64,000 bases of DNA from Lepidodermella squamata (Eukaryota; Animalia; Gastrotricha), in contig JBLDXI010000009.1 in NCBI GenBank assembly GCA_047495785.1, positions 1,922,001 to 1,986,000 of the forward strand. Direction: 5' to 3'. Position 1 is the stretch's first letter. Every line of letters begins with the position of its first letter. Under the pieces are notes generated by a model. It had not been told where the DNA came from and made no database searches. It saw only the letters and a list, made by a program, of their open reading frames with translations. This document shows, one piece after another, positions 1 to 14,761 of the stretch. The position numbers and the translations under genes are program-made.

Positions 1-113
1 TCTAAATTGAATGCATAATTTTCATACGAATTTCGGAAAATATGAGAGCTCTCATGGGATTACACTAGCCATTAATTCGCTAAAAAAATATTCATAATTA
101 TTTTCGCGCTTAC

Positions 114-1110
114 CTCTTGCTTTCGCGATCAAAAGCAACGCCAACAGCGCTGGTTGCATGCCCACCCAGCTCGAAAGCTCGTTTCACGTCAACAAAGTTT
201 CCGTTGTTGTCGAAAATCACCTCCAAAACTCGGATTTCTGACGTGAAACCGTACGTTGCAATCAAGTTCCCTGACGGAGAAATCGCCATGCCGCTTCCAA
301 CACCCTGCCTTGTGTCGAGGGTGTGGTACAGCTGACCCTTTAGAGACCAAACTTTCAGAGTAGAATCGTCGGCGAAGGCTGCGATAAAGCGGCCGGTGGA
401 TGAAACTCCGCAGCCAACAAAAGCTTTATTCGGGGAATGGGTGTCGTATTTAACAAAAGGCGTTGCAGTCATTTTTATCGGATTAGTTTCCGGCAGCTTT
501 TTCGCGACTTTCCACACCTGGAGACCATTTTCAGACTTCAAGCTCGTGACAAAAGCTTTCGAATCAGGGCTGAAAGACACGTGAACAGCTTCGTCAAGCT
601 CGACATTCACTCGCGAAAATCTAATCAGAAAAATTGTAAAAAAAAAACGGTTGGCTGATTTTCGAAAATTTCTCACTGTTTATCGCTTTGAAGGAGATCG
701 TCAAATGTCCACAGAAATAGCGCGCGGTCGGGCGAAACAGACGCTAACAAGCAACCATTAGGACTAAGATCGAAATCTGAGACGTCCGAGCCATGGCCTT
801 TGAAAGCTGCGACAACACAAGGGGACGCAGCAGAGGTAGAGCTATTCTGGGTTCGTTGCCTCGTGTTAATTTTGCTGGCATGGGTTTTGCGTTGGTGTTT
901 CTCTGAAACATGGCCATTTGTGCCATTTGTTTTGGCTTCATTAACATCGCCGTCGCTTGATTTTTCGTCTTTCTCCGACGATTCATTGTCCGATTTCCGG
1001 CCGCAAAACATGTATAGAATATAGGACACCACGGCAGCAACAACAACAGTGAGCACAATAGTGGCGCTGCTACTTCCGAGAAAAGCCTCAACCTCCAATT
1101 CAGCAGCCAT
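114..1110 (-). CDS. TBL2: Transducin beta-like 2 (N-terminal TM anchor plus WD40 repeats); 3' part runs off the window start
   Basis: Exons 1110-677 and 620-114 with GT-AG intron 676-621. N-terminal hydrophobic helix, FKGH..SPNG..LAS..DR and HVSFSPDSKAF WD40 segments typical of TBL2. Confidence 0.85.
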
Positions 1111-1424
1111 AATTTCAGCGATAAAAACTAAAATTCACACAAAATAAACATTGCAATTTATTCAAAAGACCATATCAGCAAGTTTCGTGATAATAATAAT
1201 ATATAATATTCAAGTCAAATGACAAAACATATTTCGTGACGCTATGACAGTATTCCAACCACAAAAAACACAGCCATAGTGTCTATCATACCGGCTCTGG
1301 GAAGCAGAAGCTGCACAATCATATAATAATAAACCTCGCGTGAAGATGCCATTCCAGCGGTCGAATAGGTATCGATAATACTAATTTCAGTGAACAGAGA
1401 TATAAGGAAACGCGCCCTTATCGA

Positions 1425-3140
1425 TCATTGATCAGCAACTTCAGTAAAATACGGCTTAGACTCCTGGACTAGCAGGAAATGACATTGAGAACACACGGCA
1501 GCAGGTCTACGACGAGCACCGGATGCAACCGATTGCGATAGACAAGCATCGCAAAATATCTTGCCACAATGGCGGCAGTGTTGTTTTCGGGCGGCGACCG
1601 GCAGCGATTTCTTACAGCCACGGCACTGGTCTACCTCGTCGTCGAATTCCCACCTCACTTCACTTTGATCGCGTAAGCCTTCCAAGCTCATCTGAAATAA
1701 GTAATATTGTTTAACGAAGTGACTAGTCACAGCAAACTAACCTGTAATGATTGCGAGAGGCGAACAAGATCTTGTTGAACTGACTCTGAAGTGTCTAGCT
1801 CCACTTGTAATCGAGCGCATTGACTTCTCAAACTATGAACTTCGGACTCAAGTTGCGCTTTCGCCTGTTTCATCGATTCAAATTCCACATCTGGAACTGC
1901 TGAGTTGCTTTTTCTCGGCGAATCTTCACTCGCCTGAATATTCGGTCCGGATTTACTCCTTGAAGCAGATCTTTCCCTATTCAGCTCCATGCGAAGCGAG
2001 TCGATTTCAGCCCCGAGTAGCTGTTCCATTTGTTGCCGTTCATTTTGTTCAGCTTGCAGTTCAGATCGAAGCAAATCAATCTCTTGTGATGTTTTCTCTT
2101 TCAACAACTCTCGATTCGCTCGCTCTAAAATCACTTGTTCACGCAGCATCAGCGCACTTGTGAGAAGTTCATCGAACGAGGCGGGTAAATCAATTTCCTC
2201 TTCTCGCATTTCTTGCGATTTTTTCGCGTAGTGAAATGTTAAACGCCTGTTGACCTCGACAACACTTTGAAACTAAGCATAATTTGGTCATGAGTGAAAT
2301 GTATGAACAATAAAATGAAATTGCGTACCTTTTCTCTGAGTTTATTCAACTCCAGCTTCGATTTCTCGAAAGCTTCATCAGCTGATTTCCGAATAGAAGA
2401 CAGTTCACCTTCCGCTCGAACCAATTTCCCCGACAGCTGCTGGACTAGAGCCTCTGTAGTATTCAGTCTTTGAGACAAGGCTTCATTTTCTTGCTGGCTA
2501 AGAAGTTCGAGAGGGTTTGATTTAGCAGCTGGTTCAGCCGCGATTTGATCATTCAGCCTATTGCGTTCCAGCGTCAATTTTGAAATCTCTTGATTAGCAG
2601 TAGCGAGTTGGATTTTCAACATTTCTATTTCGTCTTCGTACTGGTTAACCGAATTAGACGACATATTAGAATCTCGATGCTCAGGAGACCGCTGAGCTTC
2701 TGCTTGTTGAAGCTGCTGTTGCTGTTGCCTATAGAAGACAATTTGCAACGGTTCACAACGCGCTATTTCAGCGACAAACCTGGCACTTTCAACCACCAAC
2801 TTGCGCAACCGCTTTATTTCGGATTCCATTTCATTATTGCTTTCAAATAGCTTCGTGCGCTCATGTTCAAACTTGAGAGAAGTTAGCGAAGATGCTTCAG
2901 CTGCGGCTTCTAAATTTTCGAACATTAATGAAAACATCACGTGTTTCAATATGATAGAAATTTACCATTTAGAAGCGTCTGCATCGAGGCGACTTCATCA
3001 TCGTACTTCCGCTGTAATTCCTTGATGTTCTCCGCATGATCGCTTTCGATCGAAGACAAAACAGCTTTGACTTGAGACAAATCGGCTTTCAACTTTTCGC
3101 ACTGCTCGCAGCTATTAGATTTTTCGTCGTCGCTGGCCAT
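1425..3140 (-). CDS. RABEP1: Rabaptin-5-like Rab effector with C-terminal FYVE domain
   Basis: Exons 3140-2966, 2909-2780, 2728-2329, 2272-1742, 1691-1425. Coiled coil, Rab5-binding motif LDTSESVQQDLVRLSQSLQ, FYVE motif WEFDDEVDQC..C...RKQHCRHCGKIFC. Confidence 0.85.
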
Positions 3141-3291
3141 ATTTCAATACTCATAAATAAAACGAACCAATCTAAATGGATCAAACACAATGAATCAAAC
3201 TTGCGACCGAGGAAATTTAGTTTAATCGGGTTTTACACGGGAAAACACGTGATCTAGCGTGCTAAAAAGTAATGGTTTTTCAAGCGGGCGT

Positions 3292-4116
<825 letters not shown>

Positions 4117-6057
4117 GACGAATTCAATTTTAAAAATGCGTCTAAAGTAAACTTCATTATTTAGAAGCAGTTGAGCATCCGAACTCCGAGAGGGCAGCGC
4201 GAAATAATAATATACCTATTAAATACTTATACTACGTTTTACGAACGAACGATAAGAGAAAACATAAGTTTTAAAATTTACTTTTGTCTACCATTGTGCC
4301 ATTTCTGCGCCCAACACCACATTATCCATGACAGGCCTAACTTATTCACCAGAAGCAGGTCAGGGTCTAATATGCTGCGCATAATTTGTATTTCGTGCAA
4401 CTGGCGTTCTGATGAACGTTAACACGCCTGTGCTTGGACGAATTAATGTTAGGTAATAACTACAACTTTGCGGTTGATCTAGCAAAAAATTAAGTCAGCA
4501 AGTCAGTAAGTCACCAAGCAGCAATAAGCGCGACTGGAGAGCTTGTCGATGAAGTTGCCGCGTTTTTCCGGCAGTTTTCCGATTGCTTCGGCGCTTCAGC
4601 GATTGCCGAAAACATTCGCCAGTACAAGCTGTTCGACTCGTTTCCTCAGCTTTTCAAAGTTTGCATTCTGTTTTTTACGTTACACGTACGTTTTTACGCT
4701 TTGCTACCCCGGTGCTTCGACATTATCTACGCCACTGGTGACAACAAGAAATAGCAAGTCTGCCATCCACAATGTTGTAAACAATATTTTTCCAAGACAT
4801 ACTCTGGAGCAGAGCTAGGAGCTGTAGATTCACAAGTACTCTGCAAGTCTGAGAGAAGAAATGTTTGCGATTTAACACATTAGTGCTATGCGATGAGGCT
4901 TTACTTCACTGAGACTTCACTGAGACGATGGTAGGTAGCACACAACTGGCGGCCAACAAACAACAAAGCAAACACTAAGATATTAATCTCTGATCTTACA
5001 GCATAAGAATCCTTTCATAACACCACTTTAGGTCAATAAGATTCCTGCAAAATTACAAATGCTAAAATCTATCAATTCTATCAGATCAAAAGTCAAAAGC
5101 TCAAAGATCTCATCTCCTTACTTCCCACCGCTTCCTGAAGTTCTACGCGCCGACTGTCCCTATCTTTGTTGGCATGCAAGTCCTGCGCTGTTTCATCGAG
5201 GTGCGTGAGACACTTTTCGAGGGTAACTCTCACTTTTTCGTTAATTTTTGAGAATGAAAGTCGTTCCCCCCTGTTTTCCAATTCAATTTAGTTTTAAACT
5301 CTATGATTAATTAAATTATGCATTTTTATTTTGGAATTCACCTCACAGTGAATTGTTTTGACATATAGTTTATTTATTATATTGGATAATAGCAGCGGGG
5401 CTAGAAGGCATTTAAGAGATTTCCAATGGGGCATGCGAACTTGCATATTATCGCAAATTCCCACTTGCTCGCGCCGATGCGATTCGTTATCGCTTGTCTT
5501 ATGTCTTGCCTGTCTGCTCGGCTTCTCTTGCGCTAGAAAAAGTTGGGCTTGGTCCCAGATGGAGTTTATTCTTTATCTCGTATATTATGCCCGAAACTCG
5601 CCCTTTCAAGTAGCACTGAACACTGCAAGCTGTACACTGCAAAAAAAGTCCGGTCTACCGTAAATCAAATGATCATCTTTCTCGTTGAATATGTGGTTTA
5701 ATGGTTAAATTTTATAAAAAATTACATATACAAATATCAGATCAAGTATAAGGTGTAAGAAAATGCAAAACTTACAGGCTTTTCGCAAACATCATGTTTA
5801 GCTTTTCGCCGCTTCCAGCATAATTTGCAGGAAATATCTGATGGCTGATAATTATGGACATAGCCGCTGACGTTCAAATAATAAGTACTAGCGAAGTACC
5901 TATACTTATCTATGAGGACTAAATTTTCCTGATTTTATTATCCTAACTGAAAATATCTTGGTGTTCTCATATTAAATTCTCACCCCTCGGATGTATCTTA
6001 AACATTATTGTTTGATGTATTTTTTGCTATTGATGTAGGTTAGATACTGGAAATGCT

Positions 6058-7602
6058 ATGCTACAGATGAGTAACGGAGAGCTGGTGTTTGATACCACAG
6101 ACTTCGCCGTGAATGGAACGTCTCAAAAAGCAGCGTGTCTTTCAGAGGATTCTTGCTCTTTATATAACACGCCTGACGATATTTACGAGTTAGCCACTGA
6201 CATTGGCCATGATTTTGAAAAGCTCGTGCAAACTTACGGCTATGACACATTCGCTACAATATTGCCAAAAGTCGTGCATGCATTGGAATGCTTGGAGACA
6301 ACGACGAAAAAGTCGGAAGCTGCTAACGTGAAACTAAATGAAATGAGACAAGCTGTTGTAGCGCTAGAAAAGGAACGAATTCAGCGTCAAAGTGATCGGT
6401 TGAAGTTCGAAAGTGTATGTATTCAATTTACTCGAATTTTCACTTAACCGGGCAGCGATTAATTTTAATGCGCTTTACAGGATGTGGATGAGATGGAGAA
6501 TCAATGGAAAATGGAAAAATCCGAATTGGCAACTGCTGTTCGCAAGCTTACAGATGAAAACCTCATTCTTCAGAAGCAATTAGAAGCATTGGGAGTTCCT
6601 TCTACTACGATAGGTTAGCATTATTTTGAAATGATCTAATTTTTTCAACGATTTGTATTTCTCTTAGAAACTCAGCTGTCTACTACAAATGATTTCAACT
6701 CGTCGATGCCAAGCCCAGATCGCTCTGAATACGAGAAAACTATTGCTCAGTTACAGAGGAAAGTCAATCGCCTAACGGAGGAGCTGAATGATAAACGGAA
6801 AGATTGTGATCAATTACATTCCCAGCTTGAAAGGTTAAGTAAGCAACATACTGCTGCCGTTGAGAAGCAAGCTTTAGCCAGGTTTGTTTCGATGAAATCG
6901 CTACGACTCGATGTGCCTAAATAAGGTTTTTGCAGGCAAGAAATCGAAAACTTGATGGAAGAAAAGATTGACCTTGAAACACAGCTGGCGATAAGTGAGC
7001 AAAAGGTGCAAGAACTTCTAACCACTCTTAATGTTATCCGAAGAAAAGAAAAGGACGAATTGGTAATTTTTCCATGAAAAAGTTGCTATTTTATTCACCG
7101 ATTCGCATATCAGGAGGTATCACAGTTATCATCGAGGTCAGAAAGCCGTGGTGCTGATCGCGGCGAGTTACGTCAAAGACTGATAAAAACGGCAGAACCT
7201 CATTTTAGAGCTGCAGCGGGCGATGGCGACGCCGACGCCGATATTGATGTAACAAGAACGTTTGAGCGGCATTTCTCTCTCGATGGTAGTACAGGCACAC
7301 CCCTGCCGGATTTGAACGTAACTGAGACAGCTGAAGACAGTGATGGACCGGTGGTATATGGCCCAATTAATCGCGAACCCGATGACAAACTTGATCCGGA
7401 TGCGAAATCCAATCGGTCGATTCGCGATTTGTACGTTTAATTTTCCGTTACATATTTTTTTCCAGTATTAACGCACGTTTTTGACTTGACCTCACATCAT
7501 TCCTAATCGTACGATTTGTTGAACTAATTTTTTGATCACATGTGCAGCTTCGAGCGCATGTTTTCCAAGTTTCTTGACAACAAAGGTATCATTAATGTTT
7601 GA
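6058..7602 (+). CDS. RILPL1: RILP-like protein (RH1 domain, coiled coil)
   Basis: RH1 motif DIYELATDIGHDFEKLVQTYG..LPKVVHALECLE and C-terminal VYGPINREPDDKL..IRDFF. About six exons with GT-AG introns. Confidence 0.75.
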
Positions 7603-8253
7603 ATCCGGTGTAGACGTGTTGTCATCTAATGATGCTGAGTTTGACTGGTTTATATCACACGATGACAGTAGTGCCTAAATGCCCATTGTTTTGTACACGC
7701 TTTGTCAGTGCCAAGTGCATTAAAACGAGTAAAAGATGTCGTGCTTTGTTCACTGTTTTCCTTTTTTGCGATGGCCGAAGCTTAATGCGCAAGCTTTCAC
7801 ATAGCGCAGAGCATAAGACGTATCTAATCAGTTAAAAATGACCCATTGATGTTTCATTTTCAGCTTTATTGCAATTTCAAATATATAAAAAAAGAAGAAA
7901 GATGCGTAAGATTGACACAACGCGTGAAGCGTGCATTATGTACATGAACTTGACTAGTTCGGTTCCACTCATCATTCGATGCGCAAGTGCTCTCAAGAAA
8001 ACTGGCTAAGGTGGCACATCTTGCAGCGTGAGGTTAACGTGCTTGCGATTATATGCTATATACAATAGACATTTTGATTTCGTCGGAGTATCTTATACTC
8101 GTGCATAACAGCTGAAATTAAGTTAGACGGGACTGTTTCGTCCCCTGTACATAGTCGATTGAGATCAATGTGAAACTGGTATGGCGCAGTTACAAATTCG
8201 ATAAAGAGATAACTCCGTAGAAAAATAATCTGGCTATTATAGTATATATATAC

Positions 8254-9512
8254 CTAGAGCATCGCGATTTCCTCCGCGACGAACGACTTTAACTGGTCCG
8301 GTAGCGGCAGCTCAGCGGCGCGGCTAGTCGAGTAATCGATAGAATGAGCTATCACCGCTCGGCATCGGTCTTGTAGGCTATTGTAATTTCGCAGTTGACA
8401 GCACAACACCATTTCAGTTTGAGCTGAAGTGGAGCTCAGCATCGGGAATAATAATCGAGGGTGGCCTGGATATTGCGAATGACTCGCTGTCAAAATGCCT
8501 GTAAAAGCCACTCCTAGACACCGGCCATTGCGATAGAACGTAATTGTCCCATTAATTCCGTCGAATAAAACACCTATCGCCGTCGGCTCATCGGCAGGGA
8601 ACGGGCTGGTGTACCGGGTAAAGCTGCGATAAGTAAACAAAAATTAATTTATTGCGATAGAACAAACATTCAAGCGCTAACATACCTTCCGTTGTGGTAA
8701 AGATTTCCGTTGTGACATAGACCCCAACTCTCGTCGTCAAGTCCCCCTAGCAAGTGCACGAACCCATTGGCATGTACTTTTGCGAATTGCGTACCGACGC
8801 CAATCATCATGCTCGTCCCAAAAACGCGCCCTTAAATAGAATTGAAAATAGCTTGAAAATGCTTGTTTAATACAATGCGTTTGATTGCTTACCTGGAATG
8901 AGTATTTGCCAGTAGTGAATGCCGTTGTTCATAGGCTTCGTGGCGCGAATGCCCGCGGTTCCGAAATTGCTCCAAAAGGGGTGAAATCTAACTGATTGAA
9001 ACTCCTGGCCGATGGGCTTGATTTCTGCAGCATGCGATCTATTAGATAAACAATGGTTATAGATACTGATGTTGCAATTAACCGGGGTTTATTTACTCGC
9101 GTTCCCGCCCGACGTGTTATTTGTTATTATTGATGTAAAAAGGATATATGTAAACGTACTTATCGGTTGAACTGAACAGCCAATGGTCCGGCGCTTGTAA
9201 CCGCGCGATAACTGCGAGATCAGGCCAAACGATTTCCTTCTTCTGGCGCTTGATTTCGCTCGGCGAGGCGCTGTAGTGATGATGTGTGGCCGCAGTCGCG
9301 ATTTGAACGAGTTGCTCCAAAGTCAGCGATTGCTGCTGATTATGCTGATGATAAATTTCAGCGCTCTCTCGCTGCTCCATGTCTGCGATTTTCCGCTTTT
9401 TGTCCAGCATCGCTTTTTTAAGGCAGCGAGCGGCGCGTTTTCGCGACGGTAACATTGCAGATAAGTCGGCGGCGGCGGCGGTGTTGTTGTTGCGAGGCGA
9501 GGTTAGTTGCAT
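8254..9512 (-). CDS. SPSB3: SPRY domain and SOCS box protein 3-like
   Basis: Spliced product has DKSH..FHPFWSNFGTAGIRATKP..GIHYW, FGTSMMIGVGT, ESWGL, LFPMLSSTSAQT and SOCS box SLQDRCRAVI..LPLP. Confidence 0.88.
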
Positions 9513-9959
9513 GTTGAAATTTTCTTGAATACGCAGATTAAGTTGTGTTGCGCGAGGGACAAAGGGTGAGACGGACAGTCAGGTTCTGAATGCTGTAGTT
9601 GCGCTGTGAAAGGCGAGAAGCCGGGCCACGAATGAAACTCGAGCACTCTCAGCGCGCTTTTGTTAATTAGTCCGACTTGAGAGGCGAAAGAATCTGATCC
9701 GACTGTGGCGTGACGGTCAATCGCGAGGTTACGCGTCGTTAGGAAGAGATGAAATGAAGCAGTAGCAACAGTATTACTGTTATTACTTTTGCTACTGCTA
9801 TTATTATAATTACGAATTATCGGCAAAAGGCGCTGTATAGTTGTGCCTTTGCGCGCGTGCGAGTGTTATTGGGCCCGGGGGAGTGGCAACTAAGGACACA
9901 GGAAAGGATTGATCGAAAATTCGGATGATTGTCGCGCCGTTCACGTTCGGTCATTGAGG

Positions 9960-10790
9960 CCAGCGGCAGTCACCTGCATGCGCGCAGCAACACGACAAAG
10001 TGCCATACAGTGATCGATCGAGCCCGGCCTTTTATAGCACGTGGGCCAAGAACGCACGGCTGTCATTGAAAGACAAACTTTACAGCGTCGCCGCCCGACC
10101 TCTGTTTGCCAAACAATATAAAGTTATAAAGGGGCAATATAATAACAAGGGCGCGTGTTGCCTCAGCGCCTCACCTGCCTACCTTTGATGCCTTGGCTGT
10201 GTTGATGTTTGGTGGCCTTGCGGATGTGGGCGTCGCCGCCCGGATGAGCGGGTGGTGGTAGCATGAGCGCATGTCATAAATAAGCAGATGACCATATGAC
10301 GGTGATTACACTGGTCGTAAATTAATCATCATCCGCTGATTATCGGCCTGTGGTGACACGATCGTCGAGCGATGAGGTGACTGAATGAAGAACGAAGGCT
10401 GATGGCCGAGTTCAAGTGCTTATATACCAGTGTATTTGCCCGTGGTTGCCCAGCCGAACGCCAGAAGGTGTTCTGCTGCCGGACATCTGCCCGGAAATTG
10501 TAACGTTATTATAAATTGACGCGCGCGCGTAAGAGACCCGCTGCGTTAGGTGCGGAAACGGAAGGCTATATACGTGTACGGCGCGCGGGCTCAATCTGCC
10601 AGACAAATGGCAAGTGGGCGTGTGGACGGCCGTTCGTAGGCTGCCCAGCGTCAGCCCGACTAAATGGGCGAGGCTGTCATTATTTAGCAGAGTGTCGAAA
10701 CGACAGCCGCTCGTTTGCACCTGTGTGACGGCAGGTGTCGCGGCTGCCCACTTGCGCAACGAAGCCACGTGTGCGGCGCCCCAGTTAGCC
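9960..10790. promoter_or_regulatory. E-box-dense GC-rich putative enhancer/promoter upstream of SPSB3
   Basis: CANNTG sites at 9971, 10038, 10172, 10285, 10293, 10413, 10484, 10611, 10718, 10732, 10749, 10766; no credible ORF. Confidence 0.4.
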
Positions 10791-13700
10791 GTATAATTTG
10801 TAATTTTTAATAAACCGAACCTATTAGCGAGTCCCTTTGATGCTGAGTGGTCATTCTCACGAACACTCACCTTCGTGGCAAAGACACGTTACGTTTTGAA
10901 TATTCAACGGCTTGACACTTATTTTACCGCTTGTGTTTTGTTACTTTTTCGTTTTATAAAGTCTAACCATTACGTTTTGGTTATCCGTCTTCTTCAAAAT
11001 GTAAGTTGATAACAACCGATGCAACGAATTTCGCTGATTACCGAGTGAATATCCGCGAGAAGAAGTGTAACCGTATTAGCTGTGTTTGTCTCTCTTAATC
11101 GAAATTGAGCGTAAAAGTGTGCACGTTCTAGTCGAGTAATTAAGTCGAGAAATGTAACGTAAAATGTCGTAACTCGAACATTTAAATGATGCATGAAAAT
11201 TACGCCGAATCAAGAGCTGTTACTCAATTTTTTGGCGACCACAGTGCGCGGAAATGAGGCGTTCAATCTTGAAGGCATGAGGTGAAAACATGACGAAGAT
11301 GAAAAATTAAGGCTGCTGTCTTGAAATAGTGTGAAAACAATACAAACACCACTTTTCTTTTCGCTGCGCTAAAGGCCGCATCGTTGTATGTCCGCTATTG
11401 ACTTGAACCTGTTTTCTATCGACGTGATCGTCTTTCCGATAATACCAACCTTATTAATAACTTTCCTCAATTTCTGTGTCTGTAAATGCCTTTTTGCTAA
11501 CAAACTATTCAACAACAAAAACAACATAAGCAAACGAATATTTTTTAGCCGTCGATTGTAATTTTGTTTTGTTTGTTTTTCCAGCTTTAAACGAATTTTT
11601 GGACTCGAAGAACAGCAGTGAAACCAGTTTGGTATTGCCATGATTTGCTTGCCACCAGTGCTTCCCGTTTTCTCCTTCCCGTTGCTAAGCTCCCGAGAAG
11701 AGATGATATAATCTATTTATCTGACATGCATATTAATACACATTTATAATTATTGAATATCACCTCTATATATCTATATGTAACATTATAATTATATATA
11801 TATATATCGCTTGTGAAATTTTGTTGCAACGGTTATATCGTGTTTCACTTTTTCATGCCAAATTATATTGTTGTGCTTTCGCGCTCGGAAGTTTTCTGTC
11901 CGTCGGTAATAATATTATCCGATAATCTTTTTATGGCATTCGTTGTATCTCCACACGGTCTTATCAACTTCCACACGTATCACGCAGCGGACTTGGTGCC
12001 GTTGAATCGCTGTTGAACGTGAACATTTGATTCTGCTTGAAATTGTCCTTCTGTTTATATTAGATTTGGTTATATTTGTAAAACCATGGTTAATGACTAA
12101 CAAATAATAATCGTCTTTCTCTTTTCTTGATTGTAAATAATAGCGCGTGGTTTTTTCGCAGTCATTACAAACAAGTGCCGCGTATTATTGTATTGTGTTC
12201 TGGCGTTTCATTACCTCAACATTGGTAACCAAGGCGCATGCTCCTAATTTTCTATTATTACTTATCGGTTTTGATACGTTGAATTCAATGATCGCTTTGT
12301 GGAATCTTTGAATAGCTTTCGGTTACAACGACCTAGCGCTGGTGTTGTGTTTCCTCGTGCTTCACGAAATATGCAGTCCAACATAGCTATGCCTATGCCG
12401 TAGTTATTTAGTGTTTTAGCTGATTTTCTTTTACACTTTTCAATCTCATTCTTATCGCATTGTACTGAGTCACATTTATGGCAATGATTTTTAGTACATG
12501 AGCCATAATTATTTCGCACTATTGCTGAAAACTCTCTGTAATTCCGAGACTAGCGGCGCATACTACTTTGTATACGAATGAAATCCACTGCGTAGTTTTT
12601 TCGCATTAGCTATTCGCTGGTGTTCAAACGATCGTGATGAATGGTTTTAAGATTCTTGTGGCAATATTTTCTGCAAGTGCGTCGTAATTCTTTCTATTAC
12701 TAACATTTAGTAGAATGCAGAACGTTGTTATTGCTGGATTCAATGCATGCGTGTTGTGGCAATAAAGTTGGCGCCAATGTTTCAAAATTGATAGTCTTTT
12801 TTCGGTTTCGAATCAAAGTTTGAATATAACGCAGCCTGGCATAAAGCTTGCAGTTCTTGGGTTGTATTTGTAAAATAATTGTCACAAATGGCAAAAGCCA
12901 AAAATAGGTGTTCAAATGATTACTTGTTTGAAAAATTTAATTTGAAAAGTCAATTGATACTAATCATATTCAGCAGAGATCCAAGCCCAATATCGGTATC
13001 AATATCACAGCATGAATAAAGGCACGGATTTTCGGAATTCATTCAATAAGATGGACACTTTGAAATATACTTGAACGTATATTCTGGAACCTGAGTCAAC
13101 AGCTAAAGTGCATTTCGGCGTTGTAGCACGCGACATTCGGAAAAATTCAAATTTACGGTTCAAACCCGCGTCATCGCACGATTTAAATTTGAAGAATGTT
13201 TTATGTTGGCGTCTTGTATTGATATTCAAGAAAATCGACACTATTTATAGTTATTTGAATTTCCTATTTCGGACGTAGTTGTGCCGCTTGAAATAATACC
13301 CGATTTCTTACTCTAGCTGACTAATTTAGAAACATTCATCCAGGAATCAACTAAGGTAAGACTTGAAAACGGTTTACAGGTTGGTTGAGTTGATCGGCGG
13401 ACCTCCGGAATCGATGGAGCGACCTAACATACAAAGCTAACATATCCCCTGATAAAGATAGGCATTAAAACCCATTGATACGCGATCGCAACTTGTAAGA
13501 ATTTCAAGACTAAGGATATTAGGTGACGCGAGGCCAGGTACTCTGCGTGGGCGCCCGGTTCATCACTCGAAAGGAGCATCCACTCTAACCGAAATATGCT
13601 ACATGGGGTAGTTTTGGGCATTCTTTGATACCTGGTGACAACCAGATGAACTAATCAAACCTATGGAATCTGTCAGGGGCTATCTTGAAGTGTTTGGAAG

Positions 13701-14761
13701 GTTGGGTTACAATGGGACATTGGCTGATGGAATTATTCTGTGACGTAATTTTTTTCGCGCCGAAGTTGCTGCGTCGTAGTTTTGCCGCAGTTTCGTCGCG
13801 CTAACGCCGTAGTAGTGCGTAGTGCGTCGAAACTGCGACTGGAATCGTAACGCGTGACTTGATTAACACATTCGCCGATGGATATCGATGTAATTGCTGT
13901 TGATGTATTTTATTAATGTGGTGAACGCAGGTAGAGACACCCGAAGGTTCTCATATAGGATTACTCCCGTCCTGTGACCTCCTCGCCTGTCTCCATTTAG
14001 TTCGATGTTGTGAACATCTTAAGCACAGGGGCCCCGCCAAGGCAAGAACCTGAAAATTTCTCTCAAGTGGCTGTTAACTAGTAAACTAGCTGAAACGCGT
14101 GGAGTCCTCATAGTCTACCTTTTTGCATCCTTTTTGGGAACTTGGCGTTGCGCGACGCAACATTTGCCGTAAAAGAGACGTTGCCCGTTACCGCCACTGG
14201 GAGACTGCTGGTGTCACTTTAACCGCAGTCGGCTCTACGATGCATGTGGTACCATTTTATTTATGTAAGATTTTTGTCACACTAATTTGTTGTTAGGCAC
14301 TGATTATGACTAAACTGATTATAAATTAGACGTTGAAATGTGTCGTCAAGGCGGCTTACCGTCAGGGATTGTTCATGTATACCTACCACCTGCAATTATA
14401 CCTACCATCAAATAATTCGACTCAAAATTGATTTTTAGGTCTTGCAAAGAGAATACCGATACCGATTGAGATCGTCCAAGGTCGCATCATCTGGGCTCAG
14501 CCGAGCAATATGAACTCAACCGTTCTCATCCGAGGCAGGTCTTACTTAGTAACCTAATCAAATGTGGCGATTTTAGATCGCCAAACTTTGGGTATTTCAA
14601 AACGTCAACTGTCGCTCGCATTACTTCCAAATGGATGTTGCGAAACTTCGAGGGATAATGGACTGAATCTTCTGGCAATAAATAGGTCCATATTCGACGC
14701 GAAACTGAGCCGAAAACTGAACAATTAAAGTTTGAATGGCTTATATACTTCAACAATATTC

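Noticed and set aside
1425-1691. FYVE domain on Rabaptin-5 as a novel fusion
   Set aside because: To my knowledge this architecture is common in invertebrate Rabaptins.
5093-5860. Possible nested minus-strand gene with Cys pairs upstream of the RILP-like gene
   Set aside because: Open stretches and one GTAAGT donor exist, but I could not join them into a stop-free model or recognise a domain.
13118-13178. tRNA-like segment with B-box GGTTCAAACCC
   Set aside because: Too short, with no D or anticodon arm; at most a decayed SINE head.
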